Virus record (IMG/VR): IMGVR_UViG_3300037445_000059
Location: 1 to 36,014 of that record
Source: a virus
Taxonomy: Duplodnaviria > Caudoviricetes
Reading direction: 5' to 3' (one strand)
Length of the DNA stretch: 36,014 bases
The first letter of the stretch is position 1, and every line of letters begins with the position of its first letter. Both the position numbers and the translations under genes were made by a program. The notes below the pieces were generated by a model. That model made no database searches. It was not told the DNA's origin and saw only the letters and a list, made by a program, of their open reading frames with translations. Positions 8,121 to 17,410 of the stretch are shown piece after piece.

Positions 8121-9278
8121 ATGCCCGGTATTGAAGACACACCCGCACCGATTGACACAAAGTCCGATCCGAACGCGAACATCTCGATGGTTGATTTCGT
8201 TCGGCAGCAGACTGGTATCAAACCAGAAGCTGAGTCCGAAACCGAAGTTGAAGCCGAAGCTCCGAGTAATGCCCAAGACCTGGGCAATACTGAGCCGGAA
8301 CAAGAAGACGCACGTCTCGCCAAGGAGAAGGCGGACAAAGAGAAGGCCGATGCGTTAGCTAATGAAACACCAGAGGAACGTGAGGCTCGTGAGCAAAAGG
8401 AACGCGACGAGAAGGAAGAAACCGCTCGTAAGGAAAAGGACAGTAAGGAAAACGAGGACGGCAAGAAAGGTGGTGAAGAACAAAAGCCGAAAGACCCCGT
8501 GCCTTACGAGCGGTTTGAGGAGGTTAACACTAAGTATAAGCAGACCGCCGAGGAGTACGAGAAGATCAAACCGCTGGCCGAGAGTCATGCGGCGATTCAG
8601 GAGTACTGCTCACAATGGGGAATCACGCAGGACCAGTTCCGCAACCTACTTGAAGTGCAGCGTTTGCTGAACACCGATCCCGCCAAGGCGTTGGAGAAGA
8701 TCCTACCTATTGTCGAACAGGTGCAAGGGTTCACGGGCGACAAACTCCCGGCGGACTTGCAAAAAGAAGTCGACATGGCGCAGCTTCCGCTCGAACGTGC
8801 ACGGGAGATTGCCAAGTTGCGAGCACAAAACCAGCTTGGCGGTCAGAGCTTTCAACGGTACCAACAAATTCAACAAGAACGCGCGCAGCAACAGTTTCAG
8901 GCTGACCAAGTCAAGGCGGTGAACGCCTGGATGGACAGCAAGAAGAACGATTTGGACTTCAAGCCTCGTGCCGACAAGAACGGGCCGAAGGGTCGGTTCG
9001 AGTTTGTGTATGACGCCATGCAAGCGAGGCTCGCCGAACGGGACGCGCAGGGGCGACTCGTGCATGAGTTCAAGAACCCGAACGACGTGACCAAACTCCT
9101 TGAGGAATGCTACCAAGAAGTGGTACGCAGTCTTGCTCCGCTGTCACGGAAGGCAGCTACCAAGCCACGGTTGACTCATGGCGGTAGTGGTAGTCATAAC
9201 ACCGGGGAGTTCAAACCCGAGAACGCCAAGAGTATGGCGGAAGCTATACGTGGTGCCGCCGCCAAACACGGGTACTAA
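8121..9278 (+). CDS. Capsid scaffolding protein
   Basis: Between portal and capsid; acidic/charged N-terminus, VPYERFEEVN motif, coiled coil. Confidence 0.75.
   Translation: MPGIEDTPAPIDTKSDPNANISMVDFVRQQTGIKPEAESETEVEAEAPSNAQDLGNTEPEQEDARLAKEKADKEKADALANETPEEREAREQKERDEKEETARKEKDSKENEDGKKGGEEQKPKDPVPYERFEEVNTKYKQTAEEYEKIKPLAESHAAIQEYCSQWGITQDQFRNLLEVQRLLNTDPAKALEKILPIVEQVQGFTGDKLPADLQKEVDMAQLPLERAREIAKLRAQNQLGGQSFQRYQQIQQERAQQQFQADQVKAVNAWMDSKKNDLDFKPRADKNGPKGRFEFVYDAMQARLAERDAQGRLVHEFKNPNDVTKLLEECYQEVVRSLAPLSRKAATKPRLTHGGSGSHNTGEFKPENAKSMAEAIRGAAAKHGY
8265..8291. repeat. 27-bp palindromic motif, copy 4 (in scaffold gene)
   Basis: AGTAATGCCCA-AGACC-TGGGCAATACT, read as SNAQDLGNT. Confidence 0.9.
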
Positions 9279-9515
9279 AATGATTTTGAGACCGCCACAT
9301 ACATCAATGTCGCAAGTCGAGCAATGCTCCTTCCCACATTGGATGTATGTGCGTTCTCTTAAACGCGATACCGGAGCCTCGCAACCTCCAAGACGGAATA
9401 CGGACTCGACGCAATGCGATAGCCCGGTTGCCTCGCAAGCAACTATCGAGTTGAGTAAGAGTGATAGTGATAGTAAACGATCGAACAACAACAACCTTTT
9501 CGAAAGCAAACACAA
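9279..9515 (+). promoter_or_regulatory. Structured leader of the major capsid gene
   Basis: 237-nt gap with hairpins 9373-9389 and 9427-9443 sharing GCCTCGCAA, plus GAGC-AAT-GCTC and CGC-AAT-GCG mini-hairpins. Confidence 0.45.
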
Positions 9516-10565
9516 ATGGCAACACTCGGTTTAACAGTCGCCAACGACATTGCGTCCGCGGCACTCATCTTCTACGTCCGTGGGAAGACTCTTTCCCAAA
9601 CCACGCAGGATAAACCCCTGCTCAAGTGGTTGAAGGATAACCAAAAGACGTTTCCTTCTGGTAATAATCAAATTAGCGAACCTGTACAGGGTGCGTACAT
9701 GGCGGACACCCCCGGGTTCCTCCAAGGTTACACGCAGGACGACGCTATTAACTTCGGGCAGGCGAGCAACATTTTGCGCGCCGTGTTCACCTGGAAGGAA
9801 GTCGTCGCCAGTCTTATCATCACCTGGACGGAACTCAAGCAGGACGGCATCACCATCGTGGACGACAGCTCTGGCGGTCGGACCTCGGAGCACTCAGACG
9901 TGGCGCTTACCCGTATCACCGGCCTGCTCGAAAACCGCATGGATGACTACGGCGAATCGTACTCCCGCGCTAAGAACCTCATGTTCTGGCAGGACGGTAG
10001 CCAAGACGCCAAGCAAGTGCCTGGTATCCTGTCGCTCATCACGGACGTGAACACTGGCAGCACTGGCGGTTTGTCACGCGTCACCTATCCATGGTGGCAG
10101 AATCGGATCAACCTTGGGCTTGTTGCGTCGCAAGCCAACAGCTCGTTGATCCAGTTCTTTAACAGTGAAATCATCCAGCTCAAACGCTACGGTGGCAAGC
10201 CCAACAAGGCTCTCTGCGGCAGCGCGTTCCTGGACGGCCTGCGGAGCGAACTCATCGCCAAAGGTTATTTCACCCAAACCGGTTTCAACAACGAGAAAGC
10301 TACGGAGCTTGGCGTTGGTGGACTGCACATCTCCGGCCTGGGTAAGTTCGAATACGATCCCACTCTCGATCAGCTTGGCAAGTCCAAACGCTGCTACATC
10401 CTCGACGGTCGCCGGGTGAAGCTGCGTCCGATGGCTGAGGAAGATGACAAGATCCTCGCGCCCGCACGCCCGTATCAATACATGGTCTTCCTCAAGAGCA
10501 TGACCTGGACTGGCGCGCTGGAAGTTACCCAGTTGAACGCGAACGGCGTGTACAGCTTGGCGTAA
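9516..10565 (+). CDS. Major capsid protein (HK97 fold)
   Basis: 349 aa after the scaffold; pattern typical of podovirus capsids (KPLLKWL, FWQDGS...GILSLI, TGGLSR..YPWWQN); biased codon use. Confidence 0.85.
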   Translation: MATLGLTVANDIASAALIFYVRGKTLSQTTQDKPLLKWLKDNQKTFPSGNNQISEPVQGAYMADTPGFLQGYTQDDAINFGQASNILRAVFTWKEVVASLIITWTELKQDGITIVDDSSGGRTSEHSDVALTRITGLLENRMDDYGESYSRAKNLMFWQDGSQDAKQVPGILSLITDVNTGSTGGLSRVTYPWWQNRINLGLVASQANSSLIQFFNSEIIQLKRYGGKPNKALCGSAFLDGLRSELIAKGYFTQTGFNNEKATELGVGGLHISGLGKFEYDPTLDQLGKSKRCYILDGRRVKLRPMAEEDDKILAPARPYQYMVFLKSMTWTGALEVTQLNANGVYSLA

Positions 10566-10601
10566 TAACAAACCGCAACCCAAACGAAAGTTATAAAGTA
10601 A

Positions 10602-11498
10602 ATGAAAAAGTTCAAACTTCTCGCCTTATTAGTGGCGCTGCTGGCTGTCGACGCTGTCGAAGCCGCACAATTCAACGTCTATTCGTTCTTCAACCCGAAT
10701 GTGACGTCGGTAGTCATCTCGAACAACGTTGGTATCACCAACCTGAATTACATCTCACAGAACCTTCTGCAGGGGTTGTATCAGTTGGGGACGAACACCG
10801 CTGGCACGGGAATTAACGCTCCGATCGCGACGAACTACGCCGCGCTGTCGGGGACTATGTATACCAGTTCTGTGCCAGTGCAATGGTTCGGGCAGGTGTA
10901 TCCTGGAACGTTTACTGTTCTTACTAACAACACTGTAGCGTCGACCGCTAATACGAACGACGTTGCGTTTGTGACTGTTACTACGAACAACCAGTTCAAC
11001 TTCTTCCAGGACGTTCCCCTCCCGCAAGACCAGTACAACGGGCTTGTTACCGATAGCGGCCAGCCAGGTGCTGCGGGCCAAACCAACAGCATTGGGTATA
11101 TTCAGTTTGTAACCCAGCCGTTCTCGCTTACAGGTAGCGGCGCTGTGGGTAACGGCTCTAACATCGTAACGGCGATCTTCAGTCCTATCGCTGTGATGCA
11201 ACAGCCGAATCCTAATGGTGCTCCAAGCACTGTGAACGGTGGCGGTGCTATCCCTGGGTTGACGCCTGCGCTTGAGCCTACAGACCTAGCACAGCCTAAC
11301 GGTGTTGCGCCGTATTTGGTGGTTAGCTTTACCAACCAAATCTCTGTCACGCTGAATGCTCCAACCGTCGCAACCTTCGCCGTCCCACGGTGGAAGTTCC
11401 CCGGTGCTCGTGGTATACGCCTGCGTGCGCTGTATTCTGGTACTAGCACGAACGCGGTGTGCGTGAACAGCATCACGTATCAGAATTGGGTTCCGTAA
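10602..11498 (+). CDS. Signal-peptide-bearing Asn/Thr-rich beta protein in the capsid-decoration position
   Basis: MKKFKLLALLVALLAVDAVEA-A Sec-type signal; very few charged residues in the mature part. Confidence 0.75.
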   Translation: MKKFKLLALLVALLAVDAVEAAQFNVYSFFNPNVTSVVISNNVGITNLNYISQNLLQGLYQLGTNTAGTGINAPIATNYAALSGTMYTSSVPVQWFGQVYPGTFTVLTNNTVASTANTNDVAFVTVTTNNQFNFFQDVPLPQDQYNGLVTDSGQPGAAGQTNSIGYIQFVTQPFSLTGSGAVGNGSNIVTAIFSPIAVMQQPNPNGAPSTVNGGGAIPGLTPALEPTDLAQPNGVAPYLVVSFTNQISVTLNAPTVATFAVPRWKFPGARGIRLRALYSGTSTNAVCVNSITYQNWVP

Positions 11499-11541
11499 CC
11501 CATTGCAAGAACCAAAACCAAAAACGAAAGGCCGCATACAA

Positions 11542-11925
11542 ATGAAGCTCGCAACCGTAGTATACAACCTCACCAAAGAGGGGCATCACATCCAGCGGGA
11601 GAATGTAACTCCCGCGGAGCATCTGCTCATTGTGGCAGAACACCACGCTAACTCCGGTGGAAAGCCGGTGGTTAGTGTCAAAGAAACGGGTGACACGACG
11701 AAGGTCGAAGTCGAGGAAGGTGGGAAGAAAGTGGTCAAGACCGTTCCCGCTCGCACGGCCGCCGACGAGGTCGCCCGCCTTAGTGGGCGGTACGCAGCCA
11801 ACAAGATCAACTTCCTGTTCCCAGGTGCTGATCCCAAGATGCCTACCACCTTCGAAGAAGCCGAGAAACGCGGGGTTCAGCTCCGCCTTCCGTCGTCGAA
11901 GTTGACTGAGTTCAACGTGGTTTAA
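11542..11925 (+). CDS. Hypothetical virion/assembly protein (127 aa)
   Basis: ATG at 11542 after an A-rich leader; head module position. Confidence 0.75.
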   Translation: MKLATVVYNLTKEGHHIQRENVTPAEHLLIVAEHHANSGGKPVVSVKETGDTTKVEVEEGGKKVVKTVPARTAADEVARLSGRYAANKINFLFPGADPKMPTTFEEAEKRGVQLRLPSSKLTEFNVV

Positions 11926-11945
11926 CACAAACCCAAAGTAAACAT

Positions 11946-12686
11946 ATGGCACGAGGCACTACACTGTTGAATCTCCGGAACATGGTTCTGGCAGAGATTG
12001 GTGACGCAAGTTCGCCGAACACTGTTCGACAAACCGAAATCAACACTCTTTTGTCCAACAAGCAGAAGTGGTTAGCGAGTGAATACTCCTGGCCGTTTCT
12101 GGAACAGTTCTGGGATTCAGCGGTGGGTGCCGGTGCCCAATACGTACAATTCCCTACACTTAACGATAGCGGTTTGGGCGAGACAACCGCCATCAACTTC
12201 GAGCGTCCAGTACTAGTCCAAGTATTCTGGAACCAAATCTACCTCGACATGGACTACGGAATTGGGTCCGAGGAGTATAACTACCTCAATCCACAACTCC
12301 AACAATTTTGTGACCCTATTCAGCGTTGGCGCTTCCGCACCGATACTAGCGAGCCAACGGCTCCGGACACTTACGAGGTCTGGCCTGTGCCGGTCACACC
12401 GCAAACCGTGCGATTCACGGGGCAGCGTACAATTATCCCGCTCACACAAGACACCGACAAAGCCGACCTAGACGATATGCTTCTCGTCTACTTCGTGGCC
12501 GCTGAAATGTTAATGCGCTCCAAACAAGAGGACGCGCAGCTCAAAATGTCAATGGCGAAGCAACGACTTGAAAAACTCCGTGGTGCCTACCCGGTTCGTA
12601 CTCAGGAAATCGTCCTGGGACGTAGCAATGAAAATGTTCGAGAACAACGTAGAATCGTCCCACTAATCATCGTAGCTCACGGTTAA
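11946..12686 (+). CDS. Head-tail adaptor (tail tubular protein A-like)
   Basis: N-terminal helices, YSWPFL, EVWPVP, C-terminal LLVYFVAAEML helix; position. Confidence 0.7.
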   Translation: MARGTTLLNLRNMVLAEIGDASSPNTVRQTEINTLLSNKQKWLASEYSWPFLEQFWDSAVGAGAQYVQFPTLNDSGLGETTAINFERPVLVQVFWNQIYLDMDYGIGSEEYNYLNPQLQQFCDPIQRWRFRTDTSEPTAPDTYEVWPVPVTPQTVRFTGQRTIIPLTQDTDKADLDDMLLVYFVAAEMLMRSKQEDAQLKMSMAKQRLEKLRGAYPVRTQEIVLGRSNENVREQRRIVPLIIVAHG

Positions 12687-12710
12687 GTTTAACACTAACA
12701 ATACAAAATT

Positions 12711-13490
12711 ATGATCATCAGTATGACATTAGCGGACATTGTTAAATGGGCCGCTTGGGGGCAGGTAACGGTTAAGAGCATCAGTGGTTTTAACAACCAA
12801 GGCACTGATGCTTACATACAGCTTCACCAAACACCGCCGGTGACGGGTGCGGATACGGCGGGTACGCAACTTGCTAACGGCACTGTCCCGGCGTATAAGT
12901 CGCTCTACGCGCAGGCGAACAACGGGTTTTACTACGAGTTGAACGTCACGCTCAAAGAACTACTCGTTGCTATCTCCAGCACCGAAGTGAATTTCACCGC
13001 GGTGTCCGCCAACACTGGCTTGGACATGGAACTTGATATTGATTCGCAATTCGCGTGCGACGGAACCGAGCGAGTCGTTGGCGATCTAAGCACCGGTCAA
13101 AACGCTTTGCAAGTCTGGACCGAGGCTACCGGCGCAGCCGCTAAGAAACGCCTCTTGCGGTTGGACATCAAGGACAACCAGAACACTTCGCAGCTTGTCG
13201 GGTTGGTCTACGCGGTTGATACTGTTCAATCCACCGCACCTCAAAGCCTTGTGTGCTCCGTTGTCATTCCCACGAAGAATGCAACTACAACCTTCATCTT
13301 CGGTGACATGAACTCCGGCCTCACTCCCTTCCAACAAGACGGTGGCGGAACGGCTGCTGGCCAGGCAGGTGCGACTTACAACGCACACTACGGTTGCACC
13401 ATCAACGTGACAAGCGAAACCAACGGCTATTGGACCGCCTGGACGGTGTTTGGCGGCACGGCTCCGAACATTCGCGCGGTTTACAAGTAA
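12711..13490 (+). CDS. Virion beta-sandwich protein, probably two related domains
   Basis: Thr/Gly/Asn-rich; GFNNQGTDAYIQL motif and a similar second half. Confidence 0.6.
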   Translation: MIISMTLADIVKWAAWGQVTVKSISGFNNQGTDAYIQLHQTPPVTGADTAGTQLANGTVPAYKSLYAQANNGFYYELNVTLKELLVAISSTEVNFTAVSANTGLDMELDIDSQFACDGTERVVGDLSTGQNALQVWTEATGAAAKKRLLRLDIKDNQNTSQLVGLVYAVDTVQSTAPQSLVCSVVIPTKNATTTFIFGDMNSGLTPFQQDGGGTAAGQAGATYNAHYGCTINVTSETNGYWTAWTVFGGTAPNIRAVYK

Positions 13491-13496
13491 CATCAT

Positions 13497-14417
13497 ATGC
13501 CTGCACTTGGCGGCAAAGCTTATCCCGGTTCAAACGGACCTTACCTAAAGGGCAAGTATAACATGCCCGGAAGGAATGGTCCGGATAATGCGAACCTGGC
13601 ACCTAGTCCTGCTACTTCCGACTGGATAAACCGGATAGTCACGAACGGCGGAGTTTCACCATCGCAAAACACAATCAACGCGGTCGAGCGTTGGTATCGT
13701 ACGTTGGTCGCTGCGGGAGTGGATACGAAGATGTTGTACACTTTGTTATTCGTTCCAGACAGTCTCACAGCAGCTATCACTCCATTCTTCAATCGAGTGA
13801 GTGGTTTAGACCCCGCAACAAACCACAGCTTTGTGAGTGGTGACCTAAGCACGTCCGGTCTAAAGAGTAATGGGTCAACAAAATGGTTAGACACTGGTAT
13901 CACCCCAAACACAAATATTCCTGACGGAAACAGTGTTGGGTTGGTTCTGTATGTGCCAGACTTAGCATCAACCGCCAGCGCACCCGTAGCCGATAGTGGT
14001 GTCATTAACGGAAGTGACAGCTCGAAAAACTGGGCTTTGTTTTGTGCATTGGGTTCAACCACATACTACGAATGCTTTGGCTTAGGCACGTCAACCCCCC
14101 AAGTCGCCAATAACCTAAGTGGCTTCTACTCCGGTCAACGCGTAGGTGCGGCCGATTCGCGGCTTTACTTCGCCAACTCCACAAACCCCCATGCACAAAT
14201 CGGTAGCACCGCGGTAGGTGCACCCGGTGCACACAACGTAACAGCGAAGCTCGCATTGTTCGGTGCATGGGACATTAACCTTAACAACATTAGCCTCATC
14301 ACCTCCCGCACGATTTCGTTCTTCTCTGAAACGTCCGGGTTGAATTCCACGGACGACGCTACGTTGTATACCGCAACTCAAGCCATGAGGACCCCTCTCG
14401 GCGGAGGATTTGTTTAG
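13497..14417 (+). CDS. Tail fibre/receptor-binding-like protein with probable lectin-type domain
   Basis: DWINRIVTNGG...AVERW..TL...G and GLKSNGSTKWLDTG patterns; beta-rich. Confidence 0.55.
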   Translation: MPALGGKAYPGSNGPYLKGKYNMPGRNGPDNANLAPSPATSDWINRIVTNGGVSPSQNTINAVERWYRTLVAAGVDTKMLYTLLFVPDSLTAAITPFFNRVSGLDPATNHSFVSGDLSTSGLKSNGSTKWLDTGITPNTNIPDGNSVGLVLYVPDLASTASAPVADSGVINGSDSSKNWALFCALGSTTYYECFGLGTSTPQVANNLSGFYSGQRVGAADSRLYFANSTNPHAQIGSTAVGAPGAHNVTAKLALFGAWDINLNNISLITSRTISFFSETSGLNSTDDATLYTATQAMRTPLGGGFV

Positions 14418-14437
14418 TTCGATAAACTCACAACCAA

Positions 14438-14797
14438 ATGAAAAAACTACTCCTACTCACAACGTTAACCGCATCGCTCATCGCAAGTGCCGCTTCCAAA
14501 GCTGGAACCGTCACTCTCATGTGGACGAACACCAACGCTCAAACCTACAACGTCAACATCTTCTTCACCACAAACCCCGCGTTGCCCACGTCTCAATGGC
14601 CTTTACTCGTTGGCAATGTCCCATCACCCGCCAACGCACCCGCGTCGTTCTCCACCAACCTTCCCCCGGCGAACTACTTTTTCGTCGCAGCGTTCACCAA
14701 CTCCTTCTGGGGGACCAACACTTTTTTCTCAAACGGGACGGCGACCCCGTCCCTGCCAACAAACCTTCTAACCAGCTTCGGAATAACCAACCAGTAA
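14438..14797 (+). CDS. Secreted fibronectin type III-like protein
   Basis: Signal peptide MKKLLLLTTLTASLIASAASKA; VTLMW...YNVNIF...YFFVAAFTNSFWG..FFSN follows the Fn3 strand pattern. Confidence 0.6.
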   Translation: MKKLLLLTTLTASLIASAASKAGTVTLMWTNTNAQTYNVNIFFTTNPALPTSQWPLLVGNVPSPANAPASFSTNLPPANYFFVAAFTNSFWGTNTFFSNGTATPSLPTNLLTSFGITNQ

Positions 14798-14842
14798 CTC
14801 CGTTGCTACGACTTAGTGCACCTCCGAACCTACCCCCCACAA

Positions 14843-15103
14843 ATGCCCGATACAAGCGAAGCAAACAGCCGTAAACTCGACCGTCTACTTCTCTTAATGG
14901 AGGGTGACGGCCAAAGCCTTATTGGTTTTGGAGAAAGGTTAACACTCGTGGAACATACCTTATTCGGTAAGGATGGCCAAAAAGGACTTGTACAAGAGCA
15001 CACCATCATGTGGCGAGCACATGTTTGGCTTTTCGGATTGTTTTGTACCCTTTCTGGATCGTTGCTTACCTTAATTATACAGAAAGTAATCAAATTTCTG
15101 TAG
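14843..15103 (+). CDS. Small single-TM membrane protein (holin/antiholin-like)
   Basis: Soluble N-terminus and one C-terminal hydrophobic segment. Confidence 0.55.
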   Translation: MPDTSEANSRKLDRLLLLMEGDGQSLIGFGERLTLVEHTLFGKDGQKGLVQEHTIMWRAHVWLFGLFCTLSGSLLTLIIQKVIKFL

Positions 15104-15121
15104 TACTCGAACCACCATTAA

Positions 15122-15358
15122 ATGAAAATACCAAGGAACGTTGAACAATGGGTTAAAACCCTCCTTGCTGGCGTTATCTCCGGCTCGGCAAACGCCGTTA
15201 TGGGCAGCATCGGTGCTGCCGCTATCGGTCAACCACTTAACTGGAAACAAATAGGCGCGGTGGCAACCTCAGGAGGGTTTATTGCCGCCGTGACCTACCT
15301 TCAAAAATCACCGCTGCCGCCGTCGGAAGACGGAAACAACGGCGTTAACAAACCGTAA
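15122..15358 (+). CDS. Putative holin
   Basis: 78 aa, two hydrophobic segments, YLQKSPLP tail. Confidence 0.6.
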   Translation: MKIPRNVEQWVKTLLAGVISGSANAVMGSIGAAAIGQPLNWKQIGAVATSGGFIAAVTYLQKSPLPPSEDGNNGVNKP

Positions 15359-15368
15359 ACCATAAACA

Positions 15369-15695
15369 ATGAAAAAGTTCCTCACATCAATAGCACTCGC
15401 CGCAGTTCTTGTCGGCTGCTCCACAACCGCTCAACGTCAAGCCGTCAACACCATCGGCGGGGTTGAAACCTCCGCCACCGCGCTCGTGGACGGGTATTAC
15501 ACCGAAGTTCTCAAGGGCAACCTGCCTACAAACGACGTACCCACCGTCTCCCGCGCGTACGACTCCCTTCAAGCGAGTATCAAACTCTCGCTCACCGTCG
15601 TCCAAAACAACACCAACGCCTTGGCTCCGGCATCACTCCTCACGGAGTCAATGGACTTGGTAAACCTCGTAAACCAAATCAAAGGAAAGAAGTAG
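15369..15695 (+). CDS. Lipoprotein (possible spanin component)
   Basis: MKK + hydrophobic core + lipobox VLVG-C; helical mature part; follows the holin-like genes. Confidence 0.7.
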   Translation: MKKFLTSIALAAVLVGCSTTAQRQAVNTIGGVETSATALVDGYYTEVLKGNLPTNDVPTVSRAYDSLQASIKLSLTVVQNNTNALAPASLLTESMDLVNLVNQIKGKK

Positions 15696-15698
15696 CAT

Positions 15699-15968
15699 AT
15701 GGGTTGGGAAGAAATCGCACAGTTAATCATAACCATCGGTCTTCCGGCGGTGGAGAAACTCATCTCCAACATCGAGAATAAAGTGCCGGTCACGCTCGCG
15801 GAATTCCAAGCTCTGCGTGACGAAGCTTCTCGAACCGCACAAGATCGCATCAAAGCGATGGCGGTCCAAGCTGGCATGACTCTCAACGACCCGAAGGTCA
15901 TCGCACTCCTCGCGCTCGCACAAGGGCCGCCGTCGCTTGTTTCTGGCCCAAACCCGCAAGCCCCTTAG
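15699..15968 (+). CDS. Small helical protein paired with the lipoprotein
   Basis: 3 bp after the lipoprotein stop; amphipathic N-terminus. Confidence 0.65.
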   Translation: MGWEEIAQLIITIGLPAVEKLISNIENKVPVTLAEFQALRDEASRTAQDRIKAMAVQAGMTLNDPKVIALLALAQGPPSLVSGPNPQAP

Positions 15969-15995
15969 AGTATTGCCCAATAACTGAGCAAAACT
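15969..15995. repeat. 27-bp palindromic motif, copy 5
   Basis: AGTATTGCCCA-ATAAC-TGAGCAAAACT fills 27 of the 29 bp between a stop and the next ATG. Confidence 0.85.
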
Positions 15996-15997
15996 AT

Positions 15998-17395
15998 ATG
16001 GCAGATCGAACAGTACAGATAAATAGCTTCAAATACGGCTTGGATACAAGACGTGAAGCATTGGCGTCATTGCCGGGAACTCTGCAAACCGCGCAGAACT
16101 GCCATATTAACAGTGGGGGCGAGATTGAGAAACGCAAAGCGTTCGTGAAGTTGGCGAATTTCTTCGCTGACGATACGTTTGGGTTGCAAGACACTGACCA
16201 AGGGTTGGTGACGTTTGGTTCGGACGCTGCTCCGAATCAGACGTTGCCGCCAGGGGTCACTTATCAGCGGTTACAATCGCCGTATGGGAACGCGGTGAAT
16301 ATGAGTAGTGTGCTTTTTTCGTGCTGTTTCCTAGGAAAAGCGTTTGTGTTAGCTAAGTTCTCTAACGTAAGCACTGTTTATGCGTTCTACAATGGAACGC
16401 TAGTTGGACAGATTACGGATGGAATTGTTCAAGATACCGGTTTGCTAACGCCGGAAACGATTTCGCAACTGTCAACGGATTTAGCTACGATTGTAAATAG
16501 AACCGCCGGACCTAACGACCTCGGAAGTCTTGGATGGCTAGCTCATGCGAACGTGACCGCAGCACTTGCGTCCTCCGCGGGGTTGAACGAAACAGCACTT
16601 GCTGGCGCGACGTTGGTGATGAGTCCTCCGGGAGTACACTTTACGCCGACTATTACCAACAATAATAGCGCAGCGGGGTTGTTAGGTGCAAAGCTGATTG
16701 ACCAGAATTATTCTGGTATCGCAGCCGTGGCAGCGGTGGCGGCCTTCCAGCTAGGAGGGTCCGGGGGGACGGTGACAGTAACAGCACCTGCCAAGGCGGA
16801 TGGAACGGGAACCGCTGCGGTGAGCGGTGGGGCTGTGGCGTATAATACTAGCGTGGGGCAGACAGTGGCTGATATTGTTACTGCTATTAACAATAACACG
16901 TTTTTGACTGGGTATTCTGCAAGTGGGAGTGTTAATACGGTAACAGTCTATGCGCCAGTAACTTTTGGAAATTTCACGTTTAACCTGCATGTGGTGACTA
17001 CGTCAATGACGGTGGTTGCCGGAACTGCGGGACAACAGTTCGCGCTAACGGTAACGCCCGCCAACATCAACCCGCAGAATCAAACTCCTCCATTGCCTGC
17101 GACTGCTGCTTCGGTAATAGGTGGATATTTAGCAGCGTCGGTGTCAGGTAAGAGTGCTGGTGGAACGGTAACATACGCTTGGCAAGAGTGCAACTCTGAT
17201 GGAACTACAGCCGGGTTGGTGAGTAGTGGTATTACAATTAACCCAAAGACCGGGGCGAGTGTTGCGGTTGGATGGCATGTGACTGCTAAGGGACAATCGT
17301 TCACTGGTTACGTTTTGTGCACTGCAACCGATAACGGCGTACCATCAGCGACGGCGAGTAGAGTGATTTCGGTTCATTGTCTTGGGCCTAGCTAA
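15998..17395 (+). CDS. Tail nozzle (tubular protein B / P22 gp10-like), N-terminal part with added beta domains
   Basis: N-terminus FKYGLDTR...P...NCHINSGGEIEKRK is the usual nozzle start; C-terminal Ig-like segment. Confidence 0.65.
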   Translation: MADRTVQINSFKYGLDTRREALASLPGTLQTAQNCHINSGGEIEKRKAFVKLANFFADDTFGLQDTDQGLVTFGSDAAPNQTLPPGVTYQRLQSPYGNAVNMSSVLFSCCFLGKAFVLAKFSNVSTVYAFYNGTLVGQITDGIVQDTGLLTPETISQLSTDLATIVNRTAGPNDLGSLGWLAHANVTAALASSAGLNETALAGATLVMSPPGVHFTPTITNNNSAAGLLGAKLIDQNYSGIAAVAAVAAFQLGGSGGTVTVTAPAKADGTGTAAVSGGAVAYNTSVGQTVADIVTAINNNTFLTGYSASGSVNTVTVYAPVTFGNFTFNLHVVTTSMTVVAGTAGQQFALTVTPANINPQNQTPPLPATAASVIGGYLAASVSGKSAGGTVTYAWQECNSDGTTAGLVSSGITINPKTGASVAVGWHVTAKGQSFTGYVLCTATDNGVPSATASRVISVHCLGPS

Positions 17396-17410
17396 TAGTA
17401 ATAGAACAAT

